Positions 1 to 7,769 of a stretch of 27,973 nucleotides of DNA are shown piece after piece. Source of the DNA: a virus (lineage: Duplodnaviria; Caudoviricetes); IMG/VR virus record IMGVR_UViG_3300022867_000053, positions 1 to 27,973 of that record, one strand, 5' to 3'. The notes under the pieces are model-generated. The model made no database searches. It was not told the DNA's origin and saw nothing but the letters and a program-made list of their open reading frames with translations. Position 1 is the stretch's first letter. Every line of letters starts with the position of its first letter. The translations under genes and the position numbers were made by a program.

Positions 1-2
1 CC

Positions 3-99
3 CCTAGGATACCTCTAGAACAACCTAGGATACCTCTAGAACAACCTAGGATACCTCTAGAACAACCTAGGAAACCCCCAGGAAACCTCTAGAACAACC
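3..99. repeat. 21-bp tandem repeat CCTAGGATACCTCTAGAACAA (3 perfect copies plus degenerate ones)
   Basis: Units start at 3, 24, 45 and 66; probably truncated by the window edge. Confidence 0.9.
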
Positions 100-227
100 A
101 TGGAGCTCAAAGCAGCCCAAAACCCACCAAAACAAAAACCCCACAGTCCATACAGTTAGCACAGCTCAGAGAAACCACCAATAGATCCTCGACTAGTTCG
201 TTTAGAAACGTGGTTCGATGAAATACA

Positions 228-479
228 CATGACTACTGATAGTTCTCGTGGGTGGGTTTGGATTCGAAATAGAAATCAGACTTATCCCTAGGGAAAACCA
301 TCCGGAACCATGTCTACTGATAGTATGGAGGGGCCACAGACTTTAGAACCTCAAGAAACCTCAAGGTAGCCACAAGAACCATGTCTACTGATAGTTCTGT
401 TCTGATGACATGAATAAATCAGACTTATCCCTAGGGAAAACCATCCGGAACCATGTCTACTGATAGTATGGAGGGGCCA
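228..479. repeat. 64-bp perfect direct repeat (273-336 and 416-479) plus four CATG(T/A)CTACTGATAGT cores
   Basis: Cores at 228, 309, 380 and 452; no long ORF. Confidence 0.9.
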
Positions 480-509
480 AAAGTTTTTTAAAATAATTGT
501 AAACAGTGG

Positions 510-538
510 TTGACATTCAATAGAACTATGTTTATATT
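510..538 (+). promoter_or_regulatory. Repeated early promoter, copy 1
   Basis: TTGACA-N17-TATATT with conserved spacer TTCAATAGAACTATG. Confidence 0.85.
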
Positions 539-587
539 ATTGTATAACAACAAATCAAACATTGATAAACCCAAACCAAACGAAGCC

Positions 588-875
588 ATGAGTACATTTA
601 ATACCAACAAATATTTTACAGAAAAGGAAATCAAGGAATTCAAAGCTGAATCCTTTAACTATCCATTTTTAATTGTAGAAAAAGAACAGAATCAAGTTAT
701 ACAAATTACAGAGGTTATATCCCTTAGTGGTATGGAAGAAAACGATGGGACTCCTACAGAAATAAGTATGCAGGTTCATACTAAAGGGAAAGAAGGAAAT
801 GAAATGAAAAGCCTCAGATACAAATTAGTAGGCTCTTTGGAACAACATACGAGAAAAGGAAATATGTATGCTTAA
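588..875 (+). CDS. Hypothetical early protein (95 aa)
   Basis: Start moved to ATG 588 because the track's TTG 510 is the promoter -35 box. Confidence 0.7.
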   Translation: MSTFNTNKYFTEKEIKEFKAESFNYPFLIVEKEQNQVIQITEVISLSGMEENDGTPTEISMQVHTKGKEGNEMKSLRYKLVGSLEQHTRKGNMYA

Positions 876-960
876 CCATACAATTTTGCTGGTACAAGCC
901 TAAAACATTTACTAATAAAGTTCACTTATGATGTGGTTATTGGTATAGTTAAAATAGTGG

Positions 961-989
961 TTGACATTCAATAGAACTATGTGTATGTT
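961..989 (+). promoter_or_regulatory. Repeated early promoter, copy 2
   Basis: TTGACA-N17-TATGTT. Confidence 0.85.
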
Positions 990-1021
990 GTGTAACAAAC
1001 AAACAAACATTGAAGGAACTT

Positions 1022-1222
1022 ATGAAAACTCAAATAGTAGGTAATATCAAGACAAACACAGAAAAAGAAAATGTTACAGAAGATAATGCACAAAACGGCA
1101 ATGATTTTAGCAGTATGTTAATTGCTAATGGGCTGCCTGCATTTGGAACAAAAGAATTTGTTGATATGTGTAGTAATTTCTTTGGTGGAAACCCTAGTAG
1201 CAATTTGAAAATAGAAATTTGA
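1022..1222 (+). CDS. Hypothetical early protein (66 aa)
   Basis: ATG preceded by AAGGAACTT, downstream of promoter. Confidence 0.6.
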   Translation: MKTQIVGNIKTNTEKENVTEDNAQNGNDFSSMLIANGLPAFGTKEFVDMCSNFFGGNPSSNLKIEI

Positions 1223-1340
1223 AAATAGTAATTTGAAAATAGTAATTTAAAAATAGTAATTTAAAAATAGTAATTTAAAAATAGTAATTTAAAAATAGTA
1301 ATTTAAAAATAGTAATTTAAAAATAGTAATTTAAAAATAG
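1201..1340. repeat. 10 x 14-bp tandem repeat (T)AATTT(A/G)AAAATAG
   Basis: Directly visible; ends just before promoter copy 3. Confidence 0.95.
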
Positions 1341-1353
1341 TTGTAAACAGTGG

Positions 1354-1382
1354 TTGACATTCAATAGAACTATGTGTATGTT
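1354..1382 (+). promoter_or_regulatory. Repeated early promoter, copy 3
   Basis: TTGACA-N17-TATGTT. Confidence 0.85.
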
Positions 1383-1419
1383 GTGTAACAACAAAACAAA
1401 CATTGACAAAAAGGAACTT

Positions 1420-1653
1420 ATGAAAACTCCAAATACTACAGACCACAACATTTCATTTGACGGTAGAGGAACACTAACATTCACGAACATTCTCACGAAC
1501 ACCTTTTACAGAAAATTTGTATTCATTAACCACGTAGATGCTTCTGATGCTTTTGAAGACTACAAAAAATCCGGCTTCAAAGTCAAGAAAATTGTCAAAA
1601 GAAACTTCAGAGCTAATGGAAAAACTATTCCATTCCTAGACAAAAACTCTTAA
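1420..1653 (+). CDS. Hypothetical early protein (77 aa)
   Basis: ATG 1420 with the same AAGGAACTTATGAAAACTC leader as the 1022 ORF. Confidence 0.7.
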   Translation: MKTPNTTDHNISFDGRGTLTFTNILTNTFYRKFVFINHVDASDAFEDYKKSGFKVKKIVKRNFRANGKTIPFLDKNS

Positions 1654-1663
1654 AGGAAACTCC

Positions 1664-1855
1664 ATGAAAACTACTATAAAATCACTAACAATCCGAGAAA
1701 TTAGAGCCTTATTATTCAACACGGATCAATACACCTTGATTGATAACGAACAAATGTCCAACAAGGAATCAAGGGATTTTCTATACAACAAAGACGACCA
1801 AGATAAGAAAATGAATGTGCTTGATAACACCACACATTTATTGATTTGGTTATAA
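1664..1855 (+). CDS. Hypothetical protein
   Basis: Closely packed + ORF with AAGGA upstream. Confidence 0.7.
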   Translation: MKTTIKSLTIREIRALLFNTDQYTLIDNEQMSNKESRDFLYNKDDQDKKMNVLDNTTHLLIWL

Positions 1856-1888
1856 AACACGTTAATAAAACATTTTAATAAAAACTCC

Positions 1889-2200
1889 ATGGCTAAACTG
1901 AACACACCTTTTGTAAATTCTCTTCTATTACATTTTGAAGACAAGGAAATTAATGGTTATATTGCAGATCAGGACCCTAATACCAACCTTTTATTTTGGG
2001 CAAACAGTAAAGGAAAATGTATCTACGTGAATCCTGTCTACGGCCCAGAAACAGAAGAAAACGAAGCTGGACTACTTATGACTGTCGAGGGCTTAGATGC
2101 TCAAGGAAACCAAGAGTTCTTCGAGACCTTTCCAGTCAAAACTCACAACATAGACGAATACACTGAACTTGTGAAAAAGGTTCTATCAACTGAGGTCTAA
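1889..2200 (+). CDS. Hypothetical protein
   Basis: 103-aa ORF in the co-oriented array. Confidence 0.7.
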   Translation: MAKLNTPFVNSLLLHFEDKEINGYIADQDPNTNLLFWANSKGKCIYVNPVYGPETEENEAGLLMTVEGLDAQGNQEFFETFPVKTHNIDEYTELVKKVLSTEV

Positions 2201-2237
2201 AAAATGATAGGCTATTTGCTATAGTTGAAAACTTTGG

Positions 2238-2266
2238 TTGACATTCATTAGAACTATGTGTATGTT
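2238..2266 (+). promoter_or_regulatory. Repeated early promoter, copy 4
   Basis: TTGACA-N17-TATGTT. Confidence 0.85.
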
Positions 2267-2297
2267 GTGTAACAACAAATCAAACATTTAAAATATA

Positions 2298-2588
2298 ATG
2301 ACAAAGCAAGAATTTAAAAACGAGTATTTAAGAAACGCTTTCTTTTGGATAAATGAAGAAAACCACATTAAAATACAAGAAATAATGCAGGAGTTTGGCA
2401 TCCGATGTCATACTGGGAGTGGATTTATAAAATGGCATGAAGGATTTAAGAACCTCTGTACATTTCCTCCAAACGGATTTACTGGACACGAATTCTATCA
2501 GAAAGTAGGTATGTGGAGTCCAAATGCGAAATACGGTGAGCCTAAAAATATAAAACGTTTTTTAATAGATTACGAAGCACTATCGTAG
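2298..2588 (+). CDS. Hypothetical protein
   Basis: 96-aa ORF right after the promoter. Confidence 0.75.
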   Translation: MTKQEFKNEYLRNAFFWINEENHIKIQEIMQEFGIRCHTGSGFIKWHEGFKNLCTFPPNGFTGHEFYQKVGMWSPNAKYGEPKNIKRFLIDYEALS

Positions 2589-2636
2589 ACATTAGGCAAT
2601 AGACATTAGGCAATAGACATTAGGCAATAGACATTA
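2586..2636. repeat. About 3.6 x 14-bp TAGACATTAGGCAA
   Basis: Starts at the TAG stop of the upstream ORF. Confidence 0.9.
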
Positions 2637-2688
2637 TGAATTCTAAACTTTTTAGTAATACTGATAGCCGGAATGCTTCTTTTGGGCG

Positions 2689-2786
2689 CATTAGACAATT
2701 AGCATTAGACAATTAGCATTAGAAAATTAACATTAGACAATTAACATTAGAAAATTAACATTAGAAAATTAACATTAGACAATTAT
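2689..2786. repeat. 7 x 14-bp CATTAGA(C/A)AATTA(G/A/T)
   Basis: Directly visible; last unit supplies the start of ATG 2785. Confidence 0.9.
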
Positions 2787-3096
2787 GAAAAACCCAGATT
2801 TAATAAACGAATTGGCAAAGAGAATAAACAAACCTCAAGTAGTAGTAGAGTGTTGGATTGATGAACTAGAATTAGAAGCTTACGAAAGAGGCTTAAAAGA
2901 TGCAGAAGCAGAGCAACTAACTAAACTAACTAAACCCGATGGTAGTGGTTCTTCCCCGGATTTAGAAGAGATAAGAGCGCCATTTCAAGAGGCTCTTTAT
3001 GCGACGGGAAACCTTACAGTTGAACAATGCGACAATATTGCAGATAGAATTTTGCAATGCGTAAATGAAGCGGGATTGAAAGTAGTTAGGCAATGA
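2785..3096 (+). CDS. Hypothetical protein
   Basis: 103-aa ORF. Confidence 0.65.
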   Translation: MKNPDLINELAKRINKPQVVVECWIDELELEAYERGLKDAEAEQLTKLTKPDGSGSSPDLEEIRAPFQEALYATGNLTVEQCDNIADRILQCVNEAGLKVVRQ

Positions 3097-3122
3097 CCGC
3101 TAACTAAACTAACAACAAAACT

Positions 3123-3326
3123 ATGGATATAAAACAAATAGAATGCGGAGTGTGGCTTTACAAAGGTTGCTTTATCCAAGAATCAGAACACCCAAAACTT
3201 ATAGGTAAGTATGAAGTATTTAAAAATAATACACCCCAAAGGTACGTTGGTAGATGCCACACTTTTATGGAAGCTAAAAAACTTTGTGTAGAAAATGAAT
3301 GCTTTGAAAATGTACTTGACTTTTAA
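3123..3326 (+). CDS. Hypothetical protein
   Basis: 67-aa ORF with A-rich leader. Confidence 0.7.
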   Translation: MDIKQIECGVWLYKGCFIQESEHPKLIGKYEVFKNNTPQRYVGRCHTFMEAKKLCVENECFENVLDF

Positions 3327-3336
3327 TTTAAAAAAG

Positions 3337-3531
3337 ATGGAACAAAACTACAAGCCGGTGCCAATTGCTGACAAATTTTACATAAGTTTCTAAACTTATT
3401 GTAATTATCATTCTGAATGGGTATCTGGAATATTTAAAGATTGGAATGGTGATGATTTGGTATTTTTCAGAAAAACTGATGCTGAAGATTGGATTGAGAC
3501 GAGGAGAGCGATATGCAAAGTTTATCCATAA
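3337..3531 (+). pseudogene. Small ORF interrupted by an in-frame TAA at 3391-3393
   Basis: MEQNYKPVPIADKFYISF*TYCNYHSEWVSGIFKDWNGDDLVFFRKTDAEDWIETRRAICKVYP*; fills the gap in the + gene array. Confidence 0.5.
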
Positions 3532-3830
3532 GCGCACAAAACAAACTAATCCAAAAAGAAAAAATGCGTTTTTTCTATAAACAACTTCTGTACTTTAAAC
3601 TGGTTTTTAAAGAGATGAAACAAATAGAAGGTTATAATTACCGAGAAGTAGGAAACTTACCAATAGTAGGGTGTGACCACTTTAAAGGGTATGAAATAAT
3701 AAACCCTAAAACAAATAAAGTACTTTATAGAAAAGTAAAAGACTATGGTTATATAGGTGACGGATTTAGAAGTTATAACCCAAGTAGATATAATGTAGTA
3801 AGTAAGTTCTTTTCTTCAAATTCATTATAG
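3513..3830 (+). CDS. Hypothetical protein (true start possibly ATG 3564 or 3615)
   Basis: ORF track; start uncertain. Confidence 0.55.
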   Translation: MQSLSISAQNKLIQKEKMRFFYKQLLYFKLVFKEMKQIEGYNYREVGNLPIVGCDHFKGYEIINPKTNKVLYRKVKDYGYIGDGFRSYNPSRYNVVSKFFSSNSL

Positions 3831-3833
3831 GTG

Positions 3834-3914
3834 TGTGTATGGCAAGTAAGCCAAGCACTAAAAATTAATAAACAATAACTTAACTGGCTTATTTGCTATA
3901 CATATTGTTAGCAA
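3834..3914 (+). other. attC-like imperfect hairpin ending in a GTTAGCAA core
   Basis: 20-bp arms 3834-3853 and 3885-3904 with 3 G-T pairs, AT-rich loop, core 3907-3914. Confidence 0.5.
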
Positions 3915-4136
3915 ATGAGTAGTTTTAAAAACGAGAATGTTATGATGACACTTAAGCGAATAAAAGAAAACCTATGTTACAGCGATTTACGAAACCCCAA
4001 TGTGACAGTAGATGAAGAAACGGCAATAGAGATTGCCAAAAATAATGCCGATTGTTATTGTGATAATTGTTTCAGAGGAAAAACGGCATTAGCAGAAGAA
4101 CTATTGAAGTATTACTATATGGTAAACGAAAAGTAG
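3915..4136 (+). CDS. Hypothetical protein with CxCxxC motif
   Basis: 73 aa, DCYCDNC; flanked by GTTAGCAA and TTGCTAAC. Confidence 0.75.
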   Translation: MSSFKNENVMMTLKRIKENLCYSDLRNPNVTVDEETAIEIAKNNADCYCDNCFRGKTALAEELLKYYYMVNEK

Positions 4137-4205
4137 CCTTGTTGCTAACGTTTATGGTATGGTGCGTGGCGACTTTACAGCACAGAAATTTTAAATTAAC
4201 ACAAC

Positions 4206-4236
4206 AAACCTAAGACTAATACTCTTAGGTTTTTTT
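4206..4236 (+). terminator. Rho-independent terminator
   Basis: AAACCTAAGA-7 nt-TCTTAGGTTT plus T-run; nearly identical to 7638-7671. Confidence 0.85.
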
Positions 4237-4251
4237 ATTTTCATTAGCCTA

Positions 4252-4280
4252 TTGACATTCATTAGAACTATGTGTATATT
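4252..4280 (+). promoter_or_regulatory. Repeated early promoter, copy 5
   Basis: TTGACA-N17-TATATT. Confidence 0.85.
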
Positions 4281-4335
4281 GTGTAACAACAAATCAAACA
4301 TTGATAAAACATTGATAAAACAAACATTAAAGGTT

Positions 4336-4545
4336 ATGAATAAAAACGAAATTTTAGAAGACATCAAAGATGCTTTAGGAACTAAATCGACTGCTAGGAA
4401 TAGTATGGGCCGTTCTGAAAATTATTATGACTCAAGTTACTTAATAGGCAAATGCTTTACCGAGGACGAACTGAATAAGTTAAACGAAACAGAACTAAAC
4501 AACTTAATTAAATTAGCAGAATTTGCAGGTAATGTATTTTACTAA
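4336..4545 (+). CDS. Hypothetical protein (69 aa)
   Basis: Start moved from the -35 TTG to ATG 4336. Confidence 0.7.
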   Translation: MNKNEILEDIKDALGTKSTARNSMGRSENYYDSSYLIGKCFTEDELNKLNETELNNLIKLAEFAGNVFY

Positions 4546-4597
4546 TTGTATCAAACCAAACTATGAAAACCACACAACTTAAAATGAAGGAGTCGAA

Positions 4598-4786
4598 ATG
4601 ACTAAACAAGAAAAAGTAAAAGTAATTGATATGCTTGAAGAAGCACATAACAGATTAACAAGACTAAAGATTCGTGTTCTAGAAGGCACAATTAGTGCCG
4701 AATTTATCTGCACCGGAATCTCCGATATTCAAGAAGATTTAAAATCACACGGGCAAGCGGTAGCACGAAATGAGGTTGACCTATGA
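4598..4786 (+). CDS. Hypothetical protein
   Basis: AAGGAG RBS; ATGA overlap with the next ORF. Confidence 0.7.
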   Translation: MTKQEKVKVIDMLEEAHNRLTRLKIRVLEGTISAEFICTGISDIQEDLKSHGQAVARNEVDL

Positions 4787-5070
4787 CTGATAAAATATAC
4801 CAGGAAATATACGAGTTGCTTTACCTTATAGCACAAAAAATAAACAACCATACCGACACAAAAACGGTTAGGGTAGATGAAAGCTTCGACCATGGGTCGG
4901 GTACTGAGTACCAACACAGCTATGAATTGTGGCCATGTGGGCAGGAAATAGAACTCGCTCAATACGTCGAGCTAGAACTTAAAAAGGTACTGCCTTTGAC
5001 AGAATATGAGGATGAATATACATCAGAAGTGTACTGGAATTTATCGGCTGAATATCGGGTCGGGCTATGA
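4783..5070 (+). CDS. Hypothetical acidic protein
   Basis: 95 aa; coupled to upstream ORF by overlap. Confidence 0.7.
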   Translation: MTDKIYQEIYELLYLIAQKINNHTDTKTVRVDESFDHGSGTEYQHSYELWPCGQEIELAQYVELELKKVLPLTEYEDEYTSEVYWNLSAEYRVGL

Positions 5071-5119
5071 GGAAACTGAACGCTAAATACATAAACTTTA
5101 AACAACTAAATATAAAAAA

Positions 5120-5377
5120 ATGAAAACTATAAGCGAAGTAAAAGTATCGAATGAATTACAAGATAGAACAAGTCTTACAGATGAGCGAATATTCCGAGAT
5201 TTAGCTTGTACATTAGTACGGGATATGCCTTTAGAGGAACTGCATAAATTGATTTGCCTTACTAAAATAGACCCAGACTCTGCCGAAAGCAAAGAGATTC
5301 TAATTAATGTTGAGCAACTAAATCAATTAAAAAGAGAAAGGTTGATACTATATCAAGCAAAAGTAGACATTTCTTAG
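5120..5377 (+). CDS. Hypothetical protein
   Basis: 85-aa ORF. Confidence 0.7.
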   Translation: MKTISEVKVSNELQDRTSLTDERIFRDLACTLVRDMPLEELHKLICLTKIDPDSAESKEILINVEQLNQLKRERLILYQAKVDIS

Positions 5378-5422
5378 TCTCGGGCCAAACTAACTGATGA
5401 GTGGTGACCGTGGTTGATGTTT

Positions 5423-5573
5423 ATTCTGTCACAAAAGTTGACAAAATTTGTGACAAAAAGTTGAAAATAGTTGCTTATTTTGTTACAAACAGAAGTTGAA
5501 CTGTAACAAATATTTGCTAAATTTGTTACAAAATTCTGTCACAAAAGTTGACAAAATTTGTGACAAAAAGTTG
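5423..5573. repeat. Array of seven TGTNACA palindromic boxes including a 41-bp direct repeat
   Basis: ATTCTGTCACAAAAGTTGACAAAATTTGTGACAAAAAGTTG at 5423-5463 and 5533-5573; further boxes near 5479, 5501 and 5522. Confidence 0.85.
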
Positions 5574-5585
5574 CAAAATTAGTGG

Positions 5586-5614
5586 TTGACATTCAATAGA
5601 CTTATGTGTATGTT
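5586..5614 (+). promoter_or_regulatory. Repeated early promoter, copy 6
   Basis: TTGACA-N17-TATGTT. Confidence 0.85.
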
Positions 5615-5659
5615 GTGTAACAATCAAACATTGATAAACACCTTAAAACCAGTACGACT

Positions 5660-5866
5660 ATGACACCAATAGAAAAAGCAAAGAAAATAATGCAAGAGAT
5701 TTATGAGTTAGACCAACATAATAAAACAACACAAAGTAGATGTAAAGAAATAGCTTTGCTTTGTGTTAATAAGCAATTAGAGTTAATAAACACTATAAAT
5801 AATGATGGTGCTGATGATTATTATGAAGACATTTTACAAATGAAAGAGTACCTCGTGAATTTGTAG
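5660..5866 (+). CDS. Hypothetical protein
   Basis: 68 aa, after the promoter. Confidence 0.7.
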   Translation: MTPIEKAKKIMQEIYELDQHNKTTQSRCKEIALLCVNKQLELINTINNDGADDYYEDILQMKEYLVNL

Positions 5867-6055
5867 TTATTAATTACAACGGTAAAAAGACAAGATAACC
5901 CTTTCGGATGGCAAACAATGTTAATAACCTGCAAAAGATGGCTTTAAGCCAAGTGAAGCTATTACTCATATTTATTGTTATATGCTTTTTTAATAACAAA
6001 AAAACTACAATTAATCATGGAATTTAAAAAATACAAACACCTCAACTTCTAACAA

Positions 6056-6349
6056 ATGAGAACATACAACGAGGAATTAGAAACTATTGCATCTGATATT
6101 TTAGATCAAAATGCAAGTGAAGGTGGTGCTAAAAAGCCAAATTATAGTAACAGAGACTTTATGAATACTATACTTATATTCCAAGCAGCCTTGATGGATA
6201 AATTATATGACAACCAAGAATATGACAACATGGATTTTGAAAGTCGTTTTGAAATGGCTAGCCAATGCGGCTTGGATCTGCGTAGATTAATACACACATA
6301 TACAGGTCTAGACACCCATAATGCCGAAGAGTTTCTGATGAAGAAATAG
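6056..6349 (+). CDS. Hypothetical protein
   Basis: 97-aa ORF. Confidence 0.75.
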   Translation: MRTYNEELETIASDILDQNASEGGAKKPNYSNRDFMNTILIFQAALMDKLYDNQEYDNMDFESRFEMASQCGLDLRRLIHTYTGLDTHNAEEFLMKK

Positions 6350-6408
6350 GTGTTTCAGAGGCATGAAGACACATATTAAAACTTTATAATGGTTGACTAA
6401 TAAAATGG

Positions 6409-6437
6409 TTGACATTCAATAGACTTATGTTTATATT
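6409..6437 (+). promoter_or_regulatory. Repeated early promoter, copy 7
   Basis: TTGACA-N17-TATATT. Confidence 0.85.
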
Positions 6438-6480
6438 AATGTATTGAATAAAAAACAACATTGATAAATCAAACATTGCT

Positions 6481-7617
6481 ATGAATAAAAATGAAATTTA
6501 CGAAAAACTCAAAACTGAATTTTCAAACTCAGGCCCTTTAAAACTTGGCGCTATCGAAAGTTGGACAAAAGCTAACATAGGCGAAGACGTAAAAATATAT
6601 TCCCTAATTCAACAAGCAAAAGTAGGCAGAAACCAATACGATTTCAGAACCTCCGAAAAACCTATTCTTGTTACAGGACCAAAAAACGACCAGTCGTTTA
6701 CATCAAACACTACAGCACAAAAAATTCAGGTGCTTTCTTCAAACTCTGAATCATACGTACCACAGAAGGACCCGATGTTTGTAGGTCACGGCTTCCACAG
6801 AAGAATGGTCAAGGTGTTTAAATCAAAACTTTTCTACCCAATATTTGTAACGGGTCTTTCGGGTAATGGAAAAACCTTTATGGTTGAACAAGCAGCTGCC
6901 AACCTTGAAAGAGAAATGATCCGAATTAATATTACAACTGAATCAGATGAGGCTGCGTTACTTGGTGGTTTTAGACTTATCAATGGGGAAACTGTTTATC
7001 AGGATGGTCCTGTTGTTATTGCCATGCGCCGAGGTGCAATCGCATTATTAGACGAAATTGATCTAGGGTCTAACAAAATGATGTGCTTGCAACCAATACT
7101 AGAAGGTAAACCATTTCTAAACAAACATACAGGCGAAGTTGTCTTCCCTGCTGAAGGTTTTAATGTAATTGCCACCGCTAATACAAAAGGTAAAGGTTCA
7201 GACGATGGTCGCTTCATTGGTACCAATGTTATGAACGAAGCATTCCTGGAAAGGTTTCCAATAACAGTAGAACAATCTTATCCTACTAAGTCTATTGAAA
7301 CAAAGATTCTAACGAACCATTTCGAGATGCTATCAATGAACGATGAGTCGGAATTCATAGGCCACCTTATAAACTGGGCAGACATTATTCGCAAAACATT
7401 CTACGATGGCGGCATTGATGAGCTTATTACGACCAGAAGGTTAACCCATATTGCTAAGGCCTATTCAATTTTTGGAAATAAACTTGAGGCACTTACTTTT
7501 TGCGTGAATCGCTTTGATGACGAAACAAAAAGTGGGTTTATCGACCTTTATTCTAAAATTGATGCTGGAGTTGATGTTGAGGAATTTGAGAAAAAAGAAG
7601 GTACATTTGAACTATAA
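6481..7617 (+). CDS. MoxR-family AAA+ ATPase (phage 'CobS-like')
   Basis: Walker A GLSGNGKT, Walker B LLDEID, ATANT sensor, NEAFLERF. Confidence 0.92.
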   Translation: MNKNEIYEKLKTEFSNSGPLKLGAIESWTKANIGEDVKIYSLIQQAKVGRNQYDFRTSEKPILVTGPKNDQSFTSNTTAQKIQVLSSNSESYVPQKDPMFVGHGFHRRMVKVFKSKLFYPIFVTGLSGNGKTFMVEQAAANLEREMIRINITTESDEAALLGGFRLINGETVYQDGPVVIAMRRGAIALLDEIDLGSNKMMCLQPILEGKPFLNKHTGEVVFPAEGFNVIATANTKGKGSDDGRFIGTNVMNEAFLERFPITVEQSYPTKSIETKILTNHFEMLSMNDESEFIGHLINWADIIRKTFYDGGIDELITTRRLTHIAKAYSIFGNKLEALTFCVNRFDDETKSGFIDLYSKIDAGVDVEEFEKKEGTFEL

Positions 7618-7637
7618 ATTTTTTATATCAATGTTTC

Positions 7638-7671
7638 AAAAACCTAAGACTGATACTCTTAGGTTTTTTTT
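7638..7671 (+). terminator. Rho-independent terminator
   Basis: AACCTAAGA-7 nt-TCTTAGGTT plus T-run. Confidence 0.85.
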
Positions 7672-7686
7672 ATTTTCACGGACCTA

Positions 7687-7715
7687 TTGACATTCAATAG
7701 AACTATGTGTATATT
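7687..7715 (+). promoter_or_regulatory. Repeated early promoter, copy 8
   Basis: TTGACA-N17-TATATT. Confidence 0.85.
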
Positions 7716-7769
7716 GATGTATTGAATAAATCAAACTATTGATAAATCAAACATTGATATAACATTTCT

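Noticed and set aside
185-270. tRNA (GTTCGA-like motifs)
   Set aside because: No cloverleaf pairing or acceptor stem found by eye
228-479. Mini CRISPR array
   Set aside because: Repeat core is only 16-20 bp, intervening sequences are partly identical to each other, and no cas genes are present
3391-3393. Stop-codon reassignment
   Set aside because: All conserved genes are intact in the standard code, and TAA, TAG and TGA all end genes normally
510-4335. Apparent protein family sharing the N-terminus MTFNRTM... (ORFs at 510, 1354, 4252)
   Set aside because: Artefact: the TTG 'start' is the -35 box of the repeated promoter; real starts are downstream ATGs
5385-5420. Hammerhead ribozyme (CTGATGAG)
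   Set aside because: No downstream stem II plus GAAA core
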